A stretch of 64,000 nucleotides of DNA, taken from assembly GCA_040954595.2 (NCBI GenBank), contig CM082589.2:6073186-6137185 (forward strand). The letters run 5' to 3'. The notes below the pieces were generated by a model. The model made no database searches, had not been told where the DNA came from, and saw only the letters and a list, made by a program, of their open reading frames with translations. Position 1 is the first letter of the stretch. Each line of letters opens with the position of its first letter. Positions 1 through 14,736 of this stretch are shown here, one piece after another. The DNA is from Balanoglossus misakiensis. Lineage: Eukaryota > Animalia > Hemichordata. A program made the translations under genes and the position numbers.

Positions 1-1175
1 TCAAATTATATTAGAACGAAAAGAGGAAGTAATTTAATTTCCCTAGCAAGCTTTTAACTCATTGCTCAATCCGATACACTGCATGTTAAACAGGGGCAGC
101 TACAGACCTGGGGCGTACTTGCTTACCAGGGTACATGCTTTTGTTCCTTGCAAACGCAACACCCAAAGGACGTACGCATCGCTGGCAGGATACAAGATCT
201 TGTTGCGGGGAATATCTCCCTTTAGATTTGGGTTTATAGCGACATTTTTTCCATTACAAAGATGCTTGGATAAGATCCTGTGTATTGATCGTTATTAACC
301 TCAGTTGATCTGTGGGTGGCGTTCCTGAAAAGGGAGCCTACTGTATCTCTGTGATAGTCTCAACAAAGCTATCGGGCACAACATTCAGACTTGCCTTTAT
401 CACATTGTGTTGATAATTTGCGTTTTTAATAATGTACCACCTGCTACAGAAACGCTCAAATTTTTCATATATTCTTGAAAAGAACTTGGCCTTGGGCGAT
501 TTTAAAGTAAAATGTCAATTCTATGTTTTGCGAGAGTTTCCAGAAGAACACAAAGATGAGAAATACAAAACTGCCTAAAGTACTTCAACGTTTTCAATCC
601 ACAAACCGAATGTACTACAGCAGTCAACGTGAAAAAAAGATGAGCTCTCTGCAGCTTTGACATTTCAGCGCATCTATTCTGCATGTGTTAATCTTTTCAA
701 GTACAGAGTCCTAACAAATTATTCATCCCTCGCTCGGCATTTAGGATATCACGTTTTCAGGGCAGTGGCTGTATCTGGTGGGGTTTACATGTACAATGAC
801 TGACATTACAGAGACACAAACTCAGACATCAAGATCTGTTTCTTGTTTCACAAGAGGGGATAGGACTGTTCTGTTTTCATCAACAGGTGTGTGAATTGCT
901 TTATTTCTTTCTCGTATTGAGAAACTTAACAGTGAAACTTCACTTGATGGGGTATAACTGGAACATGGTCAACTGCTGGCCTAAATAAAAAAAGCCTGAC
1001 CTAAATTTGCAAGTCATATGACAGCACCAAGCATTTTCTTTAAGAGCCGAATAAAAAAATTGAGCGCACAAATATGACTGCATATAAAGAGTTAGTGTAG
1101 CCATATTGAACATTGGCCCCATAGTGACGTAATTATTGGCACGTCGGCAAATGAAACACAGCCGCCTGCGCTCAC

Positions 1176-1337
1176 CCCTTGCGCTTGCATCAATGTCGAG
1201 TGGTCTCACAGGACCCAATTTCTCTTTATTGGCAAAATTACTCCGCAAATGGCTCAGTTGGGTATAAACTTTCCTGCGCAATTTGTTTGCCTTGCCCGTC
1301 GTTCGCAGGTCTGCCGAGCTGCCTCAGGACCGACTGA
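1176..1337 (-). other. Candidate alternative first exon with an RFX-box core promoter
   Basis: Inr TCAGTC 1332-1337 (minus), X-box GTTGCTAGGAGAC 1363-1375 about 30-40 bp upstream, donor GGG|GTGAGC at 1176/1175. Confidence 0.45.
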
Positions 1338-2344
1338 TGGGCGTTTTCCCTCGTCTTTCGCGGTCTCCTAGCAACCGCGAGTAGTTGCATCACCGGTGTA
1401 ATACTCGGCTCCGCCAACTAAAGCTGATAAGAGCGCACTTCTCTCATTAGGACGGAAAAAGGGGACGTTTTGAGCGAGCACTTAATGCACACGCGATAGG
1501 GGAAAGTAAAGGCCGCTACTTTAAAACGCAAAAACACACACACGATCTGATATCAGGAACACTTTATACATGCCTCAGTCAATATTAACCGGTTTGGATA
1601 AAACCCAATATCTAGTCTTACACAGGTCTTCTATTGATTTGTCCACAATATAACAGTTGATAACTCGAGTAATCAAACCCCCTGTCACTTTTAAATCTCA
1701 TTCTACTCTACTTAGGAACCGGGGTACAGTGTGGCGTGGCTTGCACACATGATTAAAAAAGTTAAGGTTTCTTCCCAGAGGTTTTGACACTGATGAATGA
1801 AGGGGCAGACACTCTCTCAGTCCATGGCTAGTGCATATACATTCTACATCAGATATGTAGCAAATTTTCTATAGGCACATCGATTCTCTTCCCCCCCCCC
1901 CCCCCCCTTCCCATGTGTTGCAGGCAGAGAGAGTTATGGGAGGGTGGGACATGAAAATGAACATACCGTTTCCATAGTCTGCAAAATGACACTCACCATA
2001 TTTCCGTGACCCTATCCTCCACACTGTCACAACACATCCAGGATGACCCTTTCCCCCACAATGCAAATATAGCTCGGAATCTCCAGAGACAACAAACACC
2101 AGAGTGATCGCGTAATCACACCTTCACATCAAAGGAACTCCTCTCCCTTTGGAAGCAGAAGAAGATCCGCTGCGCTCGGCTAAAACACCCATTTACAAAA
2201 TTGCAAAAAAGCCCTGACACCGAAATGATTGATATTGAAATTCCATATGGGCAAGTATCTAAAAATACACCCATGTCAGGTGATTGTAATATGTGAGATC
2301 AATAGCATAGCAAAATTCATAGTTCACCCTGTGATGCTCACTGG

Positions 2345-2482
2345 CATATTCGCATGTCAGTTTGTTTTGAGATACAATCAAATATGGCCGCTTGTCAGCT
2401 GTTTGTTTTTTACATACATATGCGTATGTCAGTTTGTTTTGAGATACAATCAAATATGGCTGTTTCTCAGCTAGTTTTTTTT
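2345..2482 (+). repeat. 72-bp tandem duplication (2 copies)
   Basis: atgtcagtttgttttgagatacaatcaaatatggc is identical at 2354-2388 and 2426-2460, with similar flanks. Confidence 0.9.
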
Positions 2483-5400
2483 GTGTCAGAGTTTAGCAGC
2501 CAACAAGGAATCTGGTACATTTGTGGGTGTTCATTAGCCTAATGACCTGATGGCTTTGATTTTAAAAACTAATGGAGTAATAAATGCTTATAACACACAC
2601 GCGAAGTGCAATTCCTTCATTATAAAAGGTGCTGAACTAAACAGACACGGAAAAGGTTCACGGCCCACAAAAGCAGGTGCACACGGCTTAAGTTGTTAAT
2701 CACTATTTGGAGCGATAGCCGCACTGGAGCCAGGTGGACGCCAGATCCCGCCTCTGCAAATTAGAGTCGGGGCCGCACAGCACGCCGTAGAGCTTTTAAA
2801 TGGGAATGAATCGCCCAAGTGCTTGCAATAAATCTTTGAAAACAATAGCCAGGTATAAGTGCAACGGGCAGCCGAGAAAGCGAGTCTGTTTTGCATTTAA
2901 ATTCTACCCTCTTGGGTGTGTGACTGCGACTCGAAAAACTAACAACTTGTAAAAAGCTTCGTTGTAGGTGGTGTTCCTCCCGAGGGCGCAATACACACTT
3001 TGCTTTCTCCCAGTCAGAAGGAATATTATGAAGTGAATCATCTCCTACCTTTAATAGTCCCGATATAAAAGGAGGACCTGCTTTTCAAAGCTAAATATTG
3101 GATTCTTTCTGCCCCAAGTGAGTCGTGATCACCAACACTGAAGTGTCTAACTGATCTACGAGCTCGACAAGTCAGCAGAGCCATAAATTATGGACTTGGT
3201 AATCTATATTTTGAATTGGAAATACACACATCTTGAAGATGGGATTTTTTCTCCTCTTTTCAAGTCTTGCCTCATCGCCAGAGCGGGGCACTTGACTAAT
3301 CCGAGACAATTTCAGCGAGGACGCTATCTTTCTTTTGTCTGGGACGGGTAATGATTGATCTTGATTGCCGGATCTGGGCAAACTGACCTACACTCATCGC
3401 TGATCTGTTCTATTTGCTCTATCTTATACTATTCAGTAAGAGTGTTAGCCTCGCTGAATACTTTAATCCCCTCCTCTGACCCTTTGACAAGACGGCAGGA
3501 TTCCGGGGAGAACTTGCCCCAATTGCATCTTCAATTATAGTAACACATTTTCCAATCAGCAAGCTTTCTTAAGATACTATGCACCTTGAAAATCAATGTC
3601 TTAAACTTTTTCTAATATTTTGCATAAGGCAACTTTATATTGTCTTCTCTTAACATTTAGAATACAAATTACGAGTCACTGAGGGAAATTTTGAATGACA
3701 GACCAAAATTGTCTCATATTGGAAATTCAAAATGGCCGCCTACTACCTAAAAGTGACGACTTGCATCAAAGTTAAGCGTGCCTTTTGCCGCTGACAGTGT
3801 GGCCCCGAATGATCAGTATGGATGAGAGCGGCAAGCAGGGAAGAATTTGTCAAAGGTTAACCTTCTTAACCCCCGGGGTCAGGGGTCGTCAGATCAAATC
3901 GACGAGGCGGCCAGCTCATCCATTCAAGGAGAGCCACTAAGATACTGATGACTGCTCGTGAAAAAAATTGGACTTGCATGAAACGCGGGCCACTCAATAT
4001 ACCGCGACACCTCCCTGAATGCACAAAACTGCCGAGACAGACTTACTCTTACGCGCAAGTGGTACATCTGTGGCTGAATTCTTCGATTTGTGAAACGACA
4101 GTAAAAACGGCGTGCTTTAACTGCTTCAATTAATCATGCCATTAACACCGAACATCAACGTAAGCTCTAAGAATCAATCGTCTGTTGCACAGTAAAACTG
4201 ATGAGGGCATTTAAACAGGGTGCCTTATTTTGGCTTAAATATATATGCAGTTGTGAATAAAATATACACGTAGGCGTGATTTCATCTTACTGGCATGAGG
4301 AAAGTTACGATTTAAACTATTTATCATTCTTTTCTACAATAAATTTAAAGTTTATGTAAAATATGCAAAAAGGGCGTCCATTTTTTTTCTAAAGCATGCA
4401 GTATTTATGCAAATTAGTGACAGACACACAGACACATGACAAAATGTTCAATAGCTGATAACAATCCAATCCAATGCTTTAATTAAAGTTGTCTTTTGAG
4501 GTGTTTTTTTCAGCTTAACGCTACGTGTACTGGCACGCATTTGTATTCATCGAGTGGAAGCCACTCTCCCAGTAAAAACTCACTCTCTATTTCACCATGT
4601 TCTATTCGATACTCCTGGTGATATATTTTATTTGCCAAATGGGTGCCAGAGTATATAAGCTTGCCTGCTGAATTTCAAAGCGATGCTCTCTTATAGGCGA
4701 GGAGGCTTATACGGGGATGAGCAGGGTAATTATGTTGGCGTCAAAACTCGTAACGATAAGGCATTTACAGCGGCCGTCTTTAGAGGGCACTGGTGTAAAT
4801 GCGTAAGTGTTTTCTTGTGTTCAGCCATGTTGAACTGTCACTTCCAATGAGTATCGAGTCGTCAGCTATCATCACGGACAAAGCCACAAATACTATTGAT
4901 ATTTCTGTTTTAAGCGCGAAACACGGGGCGAAGATGTAAACGAAATGGGGCGAAAATGACGAATACGTAATCGTGTACGCTTCGTTTGTAAGGAACATCT
5001 ATCGCTATGCAGCGCTGTGCCCACTTAGGAAAACACCACATCCATATATATATATTCAAGAAAACCAGACTGCACCTCACGGCTGCATTTTAGTATGCGC
5101 GGCCTCACCTTCTCAATAAAGATTCAAATTTGCTATATTCGGTGTCGAGTCCGTAATACAATCTTATTGTTAATTTCACACCCTCAAGATGTCCTGCTAC
5201 AACTCATTTGCGGAACAAATTACTCCTCGAGTTTAAATTTGCATGGATTTTTCACCCGTCACCGAGCCGTCCATAAAAATTGGAAGCCTTCGGGCCGTGA
5301 CAGTTAAATTCCAAACAACTATAAATAATGTTGGTATAAAAAATTTCGTGGGGACCCAGAATGAAAAGAACGGCACTCGACTCAAGATGTCAATGAAAGA

Positions 5401-5507
5401 AATAAACTGGACATTACATTATTAAGACTGATAGTCCGAATGAGGGGGCCACTTATCCCCGTGACTACGATTCAATTACGCGCCTCTGCGTGGATACCAA
5501 TACTTAC

Positions 5508-5577
5508 GCCGACATTTCCCGATGCTGTCAATAATCTCATTGTTTTTTATAGAACTCAATAAATCAGCATACATCAT
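5508..5577 (-). CDS. Candidate alternative first coding exon MMYADLLSSIKNNEIIDSIGKCR + phase-1 C
   Basis: Donor GGC|GTAAGT, 70-nt stop-free ATG-to-donor segment, same phase as the exons at 20376, 23710 and 61044. Confidence 0.42.
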
Positions 5578-8500
5578 AACCTGTTTAGCTTCGACATTCA
5601 AGAAAATCAGTCTGCCGATGACTTCAACCGGCCCTGATTAATACCATCCTTCTGAATCAATAAACGCACTTATTATACTGACTTGCATATTCCTGAACCA
5701 AAAACTACTATTTTGATATACATGAACATATACAAAATCGAATATAGTTAAGTGTTAAACATTTCGAAGAATGAATTTCAAATCTTCCAACCAATGTTGA
5801 GATCTTTGCAAACTTCTACATCTCCTATTACTTATTCACACTACTCTAGCTGAAAGTACACATATATAAGAGATTTATGCCTCGAAAAATGTTGTACTAC
5901 AAGATCAGATATGAATCTCAAGATGAACTTCTCTATACAACGTATGGATTCACCGGATTTTGAACATATCGATGTAGATACCTATTGATTTCAAATCGCG
6001 TTCAACATCCCTTGTATTTGAAAAAGGGACTTCTACCAGAGCTGTGCACAATTGAAGACACACTTTTAATATTAAAAAGAAAATGATATGTATAATGAAA
6101 GACGTGCCGAAGTCCATACGGCGATGACACCACCACGCACTCTAAAGTAATAAAAAATTTAACGCGCAATACAGTATAACAGCCCTGCCACGGCACTGTG
6201 CCTGATGCAAATGCAGCATAAAAACCAATCTCTGACAGAATCCCGACTGCACTTCTATAGCTGCCGGTGATTCAGCTCTGCGGACTACTATCATTATGGG
6301 TTATTTCGCAAAACACTTTTCGTCGGAAAAAATTGGATTTCTGGGACTTCTTCGGGTTTCTCTTTTCATAGCCTCGCAGAGAGTGATTGTGTTTGTATTA
6401 GGTGTAGCTGCGGAGATCTTTAATGGCCTCCATTATTTCAGCTTTCCGGCGAGCTTATTTCACTTTCATGCATAATTTTAATCTTTTCACTTCTATGGTA
6501 GCTGGCACCCTCCAGGGCAGATAAGTCTTTCTACTCTTTATTGTATGGAATTGTTTTGAACGCTCGGCTTGTCGAAACCAATCCAAACACTTCAATTTCT
6601 CCATTCAGAACTAGCTTGGAATTTCACAATGCACCCATTTTTCATTTGAAAAAAACATTAGTCTCGCTCTCTCATCCAAAATTTCCAGTTTTATCTTAAA
6701 GTGGGGAATTGCTCTTGCAGTGGTTGCCATGTAATTCTGTATATACCAAAGTTGATACAGATCTGTTGCCCTGTGTTTTATGATACATACACTCATTGCA
6801 TCTAGCCTGCTGTGTGTTCTTTCCCTTTTATTTTCTCTGCGATCTCCCTTCTGCATTAAGAATTGGAATGACACACTGGAGACACAGCGAATGTGTCTTT
6901 GTAAAAGTTCCCTGGTGTTTCCTAGGAAGATTGGAACACAGAGAGGGAAATTGACAGGTGTTTATCAATTCTGGTATTTCAGATTATATGGTGCGAACTA
7001 TAACAGGTGAATTCCAGCTGTGTTGCTTTTCGGAAGTGATTTTCGCCTCTGCCATATTGAAGATACTTTGGCAAAAAAAAAAACAGTACTTCAGTAGAGT
7101 TTTGACTTGCTACTGTACACTGGATGAAGAACATGTATTGTTTAATAAATGAAGAAAGTTACATGTACACAGATCAGAACCAATGTCTGTGTCCCTTTAA
7201 CCCTCTCTTAGTGTTAAAGGGACAATGGTTTGGGCGCAAACCATGATTAGCAAAACAGCTGCTGGAGAAAATAGAAATAAATTCGCAGTTCAGACGTGTC
7301 TACTGCTATAGGCACCACTGTGTTCCGTCAACGGGGGAAGTGAAGTGTGCGGTAGCCGGTAAATCTGACTGATTGGTTAATGAAAACCCTATGATAAGCT
7401 GAACTCTGCACCAAATGAAACATCTGACCTGTGAAAATCAATTACGCTTTGAAGTGACAGCATGCTAATCTCGGCTAAGTATAGAAACATTTTTGGCTCA
7501 ATTTGGATACAAATGAGCGGGTCTGCTTATTGGATCGAAAAAAAACCCTCGCGAAGAAATCACCGCTGTTTTTTCTCAACACCTCCTCGCAAGTGGACAG
7601 GACCTCATTTGTACCATCTGAAATTTCTCCGAGAATGGGGAAGACTTCCAAATGAATACATACACTCAGAACTGGGTTGGATTTTCCTAAGCTAGAGTCT
7701 ATTCTGCAGTTTCTTGGACTTGGCAGAGCAAAGATGCTAGATTTTTCTTGATTTACAACAGTACAACTCTGTGGCAGATTATATTACTGAAAAAAAATTT
7801 AAAATTCGCCCACATTTCAAAATATTACTTTTTCACAGTTTTTGAGTGAAAGCTATTTAACATGATGAATGGAAACTCCAAGTGGAAATTACGGACAAGC
7901 TGTGAATAAAATCTTGATTGTAAATTGACAATTGGTTATAGGTAGCAATGAATGCAATTTATTATTAACTAGTTCAGCTATAAAGGTCAACTACGTTGAC
8001 AGCTCACATGGTTTTATGATCATTAATTCAAGGTAAGGGAAAGCCATCGATTAACTTTCACAGCTAAACATTTATCACCCTGAAATTTAATAGTCATATT
8101 TATTCAACTTTACCGCGATGAAGTGAAAATGCCGCTGGCAACGATGCCTTGGAATAACAAAGTCGCATACCATAATGTTGTTTCTATGGTAGTAACCACA
8201 GAGGCTGTTCTCCCCATTTGTGTTGGAATAGACTAGCCCAAACAGCTAACCATTCAAACTTATGGCAAATACTATATGCAGAATAACTATGACCTTGTTC
8301 AGCCAAATACGCGATAACTAGTCGGGTTTAAACCGAAATAATATGATTAGAACGTATATAATAAAATATTGCCCCAATGGATACTGTTTTGATACGACTG
8401 CCAAATTCTAATAAAGACAAAATTGTCGCTTCAATTTAACCCAATCAGGGGAAATTTCTTCTCCATCAATCACTATTAAATTTGATTCTTTATGTGACGG

Positions 8501-8894
8501 ATCAGTCAAGTCCTACAGGAAGGGCATTTGGACGAAAATTTGTCAGAATTTACGCAAATGATCATCAGCTTACACTCTCACGACACTTCGTTCTACCTTT
8601 GCCACTGAAGTCCGAACCCAATTCACATTCTGGTCCGAATCCCAAACCCTTTCTCATGGAACCGATTTACACAAAATGAATTGTTGCTATCAGCGTCGGA
8701 ATGATAAAAAGCGGCTCAGGTATTGGAAATTCAGAAGGGGAAACTTCACAGAGCTCTCTTGCATTCAAACGAGGTAATTTTAAAAGCATAACGCTGTAAT
8801 GCACACGAGAAAAACTGTGGTTGCGCCGTCTTCCTGGCAGTTTGGCAAAACAATCAGATTCTAATCAGCTGCAGAGATAGCCTCTGTTCTTTAC

Positions 8895-8960
8895 CTTTTA
8901 CTGGGTCTTCGCAGTTCTCGTTCTGTGGCAAGCTGCATGCACCTCTCCACACACGACTGA
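8895..8960 (-). other. Candidate short alternative first exon (probably 5'UTR)
   Basis: Inr TCAGTC at 8955-8960 (minus), donor AAG|GTAAAG at 8895/8894, upstream TCACGT, TCTCGCG and CCAATCAG. Its only ATG gives MQLATERELRRPSK in phase 2. Confidence 0.45.
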
Positions 8961-11900
8961 CGACCACAGGTCACGTTCAAATCTCGCGCTTCAGCCCGGA
9001 CAACAGACCAATCAGACAGTGTCTTACAAGGACACTAGATACGAATCGAAATTATAGACATTCATTATCTGGTCATCATGTGATACACATCAACACTCGT
9101 TGAACAGAGGTTTGGTGAAACACATCAAGCATGTATGCAATTAGGATATGCTATTCTTGTAAATTTCCAAACAGTGAAGTGAATATTGTAAATTAGCATG
9201 GTGTTGACATGCAAAAACTAGTCTCAACCTGCTGGTTGCAAAACACCACTATTCAAATATAAGTGAAGCATGCATCTCGACTTCCCAAAATACATTGTTT
9301 TATTTCTTTTTGTCTCAGTTTCACTTCGGTATTTTATCACAATTTGGAGAAAACTTCCAGACAGAACAATATGCTGTGGTTGTAATAACTGCATCCAGAC
9401 CCTTTTCATATGCCCCGCGGCAACCTGGGTAAGAAGTAATTATGCTCCGCTGTATATTAGCAAATGCACGGTGACCCCTGACCTCAGCACCCCCTATCCT
9501 CCTCGTTAAGTAGAAGACGGCTGCACCGAGCAAGAACAATGGGGGTGAAACGAGGCCTTCACAAAAGACGAGGGCAAACAGGTTAATCTAGCTCCCAGTA
9601 AACAATCTCCGCAAACCCAGAGTTTGACATCCAGATACTCATTCCGACAATCAAGTGATGGCAGGGGCATTGGAAACCATGGCAACGCAATCGTTGAGGT
9701 ATATCACAGTTTTGCCGGAAGCTACTACCTGGTTTGTGTGTTACGCCGAGGCAAATCCAAGATTTCCTGAGCGCAAGAAAACCAGCTTTGTATGCCTTTC
9801 CGAGTTCACTTCCCGGAATCATTTGGGAATACGTTGTACTGTATGCGGCATATAATCCGAACTCTCTCGGATTTATACCGTGTTAATTTCCTTGGCAAAT
9901 TCAAGAAGGATATTGCTACTGTAGTTCAACAAATAAAACAAACTAATGCCACATTCAAGACATAATAGTTTCCTTTATTAGCATGTATCACAGTAGTTAT
10001 TCTGCAATTTAAGAAAACTTACTCTTTAAACATTCCCAAATTTACAATGTTAATAGCAATGGCTGCCATGGCGATGAATCATTTAACTTCAAGCTATATC
10101 TACAGAAACTTACGACCTGATTCTTGTCCTTCCTATCAAAATAAGTACTTTTCCCCCTGATTCCCCGAGGACAAATATCGACCACCATCAAAAAGTGATT
10201 TACAGAAATTACTATATTCCGTAACACCAGAAAACTAATTTTACAGGAGAGTAACAAACTGCCTACATATGCAGATGTTAGTGATAGAGGATATGGGTCT
10301 GTACCAAGTTACAAGCAAGATTTACTATCTGTCAGACAAGATGGGTGTTCTTTCGTTGAAATATTGACCTTTCGACCTGCATTGATTTCCTAAGTGGATA
10401 AACTGTGACCTCAGAGATGACCCAGGTAATTAACCTTTCACCCCAAGACAAATGGGTAATTGTTTTTTTGTTCTCTTCTGCCTAATTCCGGGGTTTTATG
10501 TTACAAATGGGGCCTGACCCTGCAGCGCTCGTATTTTATACACAGGGATGAAGTATCTCTGAACTGTATTGTTGTAGTATATCATAGTATGAAAGGAAAA
10601 TGTAGTATTCCTGGTTTTTGTTGATTTTTCTCTCCCAGTTAATTATTCTCAAGCGGCACTCAAACAAAAAAGCGTTAAGTTTCGGTTGTGGCTGCAGTGA
10701 CGGTTACAATCAACGATGCAGTACTGGATGATTACATCTCAAAATGGACGCAATCCCATCCACCCATACAGCCATTCTGCAGGTGAGGTCGCAAGAGGTC
10801 ACCAGGTTATCAAGCTCAACATACAACTCCAGCAATTCAGATTGTCCAACTCCGTGCATGCATGTATGTATGCATGCACTCAAGTTTGCAGACAGAGAGA
10901 CGGACACAAGACACAGACACCCAATTGCAGACAGGTTAAACCCAAACAGCTATACTTATTGCGTCCAATGATTAAGCTAATCAAGGCAGATCGGTCAAAC
11001 TAATCCTCCTTTCTGTTCCACAGCCAGCGATCTCCAAGCCTAATAACGCAACTCGCCGGGGACGGCCCACTTCCACAGTTAATCATCATCTAAGTGTCTC
11101 CAAATTTCCTCCCTCTAAAAAACAGAACTCCACATCCATCCATGATGTAATGTTATCAATTTCACAAATTTGCAGCATCCATTTTTCATGAGGTGCAGTG
11201 TGTTTTACGACAGCTGTGTTTTCCGGGCGGGGCGACCGGTCGAAGTACAAACGAGACTCTTAGGAACATCTGGCAACATAAAGTCTGGGAAATCGTTCTT
11301 CCCTCCCAAAAACCCTGTGCGATTAGACTTCAACACTCAGTAACTGCACTGGAGTCAGGAGCCAAGACTATGAAGGGCTGCCGTTTCACAATCCAGTCGT
11401 TCGAAACTTCATCTTTTGCAGATAATCGAAAAAGAGATAGCCTGTGCTAGCTGATTTCGATTCAGAGTTGGAGAATTTTTGTCATTTACCTCCAGTTACG
11501 GCCCCTGGCCATCACGAAACTTCGAAAACTCGCTCAGAGGCAAGCTTGTCGGCTCTGAAGACACCGCCTCAAAAGCCTGGCACTCTTCTGGGAAATATTC
11601 ACGGCGATGATGTCAGACAATATGAATGATGTATGCCACTGAGACCATTCCTCTTTCAGATGCATCTCTCTCCCTGTGCCTTGAATTGCCCCAAGAAAAA
11701 AAAGAAGTCTTGGCCTTAAAAATTATTCTCAACCTTAGTTAACGTCTGGTATACTCCCCCATCACCAGAGGAATTCCTGGAGTCTGGCAAAAGGTCTTGG
11801 GAGTCGATTGGGCTGTCACCGACGATGAATAATTAGGATCCAGGATGGAAATAAAAGAGACACAAGGGATGTCGTGCCATTGGAGTACAGACTGGGACTA

Positions 11901-14627
11901 CGACGGGGGCCAGCCGAGAAATTCACTGTATCTATTTGATCAAATTTTCATTATTAAACGTGATTTATTTCATAGACCGTTTCAACACTGATTTTTAGAG
12001 GCATGTTTTTGAATGTGCAGTGTCCAAAAAAATATGTGGTGTAAGCCTTCTTCATACCACAGACAGTCTACTCTCTATGTTCAGATTCACTGCATGTCCA
12101 AGAAACACAGTGGGTATCTCACTGCATCTTGTATGGAAAAGAATAATCACTAAAATGCAGTTGAACTATTAGCATAAAGTTAACAGTAAAGAAAGGTTCA
12201 GTTGATGGAATATCAAAGCTGCAGGCCGCCAGTATATATTTCATGCTTGCAAACATTATCCATAAGATAACTGAAACAGACCTTTTAGGTCTGGGGGAAA
12301 ACAACTATCTCAATGCCAAATCATACCCAATGCCACCGAGGGCCCCCTATTGGGACAATACAGCTTCTTTTTCAAAGCCGTAGCCATCAGGCCAATGTGA
12401 GATAATACCGCCAAGGCGAGTCGTGTCTGCCCTGAAAGTATCTGCACTTAGCTGGTCCGGCTTCAAAAGGAATCATAGCATACATCCTGCGCAAATGACA
12501 GCAGTTTACAACCAAAAATTATTTTTTTCCACAAATCTGTCGCCAAGTTCTGTCACTTTGCAACAACAAAATTATCCACTGCCGAGAGCCAAAGTGTTCT
12601 CTAGTTATATCCACTTTGAAAGGCAGTTTCTCTGATTCCATATCATATGGTGACTATCAGTCACGACTCACACATTTTCACACTATACCCCACTTTTTGA
12701 CATTGCCATTTTCACACCACATCCACCATCTACACAGGATAATTTTTACATCTCCAGTTGCAAATACTCACGCACTGTACTTTTATCAATGTCCAGGTTT
12801 TACTCAACCCAGTCTAATTCAAAGCACACGTAAATGAAACATCCCAGTGCCACACACAGCACTGCCCGCGAGTCGAGGCAGATAAAATCAGCAACGTGAC
12901 ATCACTGTGCAACGTGCGTTCCGCGAACTCCCCGAATGAAATCAAGCATCTTCAGACTGCAATTTTCACTGATAGCCGCAATAAACCAAATGTCATGACA
13001 GGTAACTAAGGTAATTGATACTTAACTTTAATAGTTTGACGGTCTGGAAATTTTAAGACATCTTTCTTTTGGGGAAAGTAACGTCATCATCACTATAGTC
13101 ATTAATACTGTCTCTAGATGCGATGCATACACCTGTTCAATGGTAGGCATAGCTTTGGAAGGTCACATTTACATTCTTGACATAGAGACCTCACTCAAGA
13201 CACCTGCCATCAAGTGTATGACCTATTTACATCATGCTCCAAGGAAGTTGGATATATACATACATGTACAAGGGGCTTGTTAAATGCATCAACTAGATTC
13301 TTCTTCTACTTCCTGTGCGACAGCCAGCATTCGGTCTGTCAACACAGCCTGTATATCTGTATGTATGCGTAATGACCATATTTACAGTTGAATAAATGAC
13401 ACTTGAGTCAGGGACGAAAACTTATTATAACATGGGAATGTGGGTTGAGGTGGACTTTGTAGTAAGGCTTGAATTGAAGGGGCAGGTTTCCATTTGACAC
13501 AACAGAGTAATAGTATGTATATTCATGTGCACTGTTTCCTTCTTGAAAATTGCAGTATTTGTTCAATCTTGGCTTATTTTTACTATTTTAGAGTAGCTTT
13601 GTAGAAATGGCTGATAGAATTCAGGGTTTTCTGTAGTAGAGTGGACCTCCACAGAGGAGAAACAGGATAAAATGGTTTAATACCACGAACACTGAAAGTT
13701 CATTCTTCACCGAACAGACAAAATGTTGTTCCACTGGGTGAACGACAGGTGATTAAACGACAAAATGGGATGTCCTACCTGAATTTTTAGAGGTTCCTCA
13801 CCCAGTGCAGAAGAAACTACAAAATAACGCCAAATTTTTCCACAAATACAAACACCAGGACTGCACGCCAAGTTACTCCTGCACCGCAAAAATTCATCTG
13901 CCCAGCACAGTCCTTACTCTACATGCATGTCATCCACTGCCAGGCTAATGAATTATTAGCCAATTTCCTTAAAATACTCCCGACCAGTGCAGTATGTAAA
14001 GTATACACCCCAGCCCCAGGCGGAGTATTATTCAGAAAAATATTACAATGCAGTTTATTCATTTTAACGAGCATCCAGACATGGGCCCGGCTTCTATGCA
14101 GGGATAATTAATACGTGAAATTCTACATCAAACATGCTTGAAACTCATCCAGAGCCCCACTAAGTGGAGGAATATAAAAATTTACGAGTAATCGTGCGGT
14201 ATGAGTGAGTGCCACTGATAACTGCTGAGTTGATCAGACTTTTATCTCGGTACAAAGAGTTCTCCATTTTAATGGCTCTACAATAAAAGGTTGCACCATT
14301 TTATATCAAAATATCAGTGCCCCGATACTGAAGATTTGATCAGTTATGGGTCTGGTATTCGTGAGCTGGCAGGAGACGGACACCAAATAAAATCAACTCT
14401 TCCATAAAAACCACAAAGGAACACTTCTCTATTAAAGATGCAAGTTGCCATTTCGATTGATGCGCATTTTCAATGTTGTAGTTGTCAGGGATGATTGGAT
14501 AGGATAGTATGTGGTCACATGACATGTTGGTTTGAAACGCTGCATATAAATTTAAAGACAATTTTCTGTAAAAAACAAACAAACCACTGTTTCTCCGTAT
14601 TTTATCTACCCACATCCACATGATGCC

Positions 14628-14736
14628 CAATGCATCCTGGGAGTTTGTAAAAAGTCCAGCCATTTACAATGCATTCTGGGAAGTCAACCACAATCCTGAA
14701 CCCAAGTTGTTGCATTTTGGGAGTAGTCGTGACGCA
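14628..14736 (-). promoter_or_regulatory. Three phased ZNF143/Staf (SBS) motifs plus a CRE-like site
   Basis: Minus-strand TACAAACTCCCAGGATGCATTG, CTTCCCAGAATGCATTG and CTACTCCCAAAATGCAA, with TGCAT cores at 14631, 14670 and 14711. GTGACGCA at 14729-14736. Confidence 0.6.

Noticed and set aside
11490-11590. Minus-strand acceptor/donor pair (tttcccag|...GAG|GTAAAT)
   Set aside because: Stops occur in all three frames, so it is not a coding exon, and nothing else supports it.
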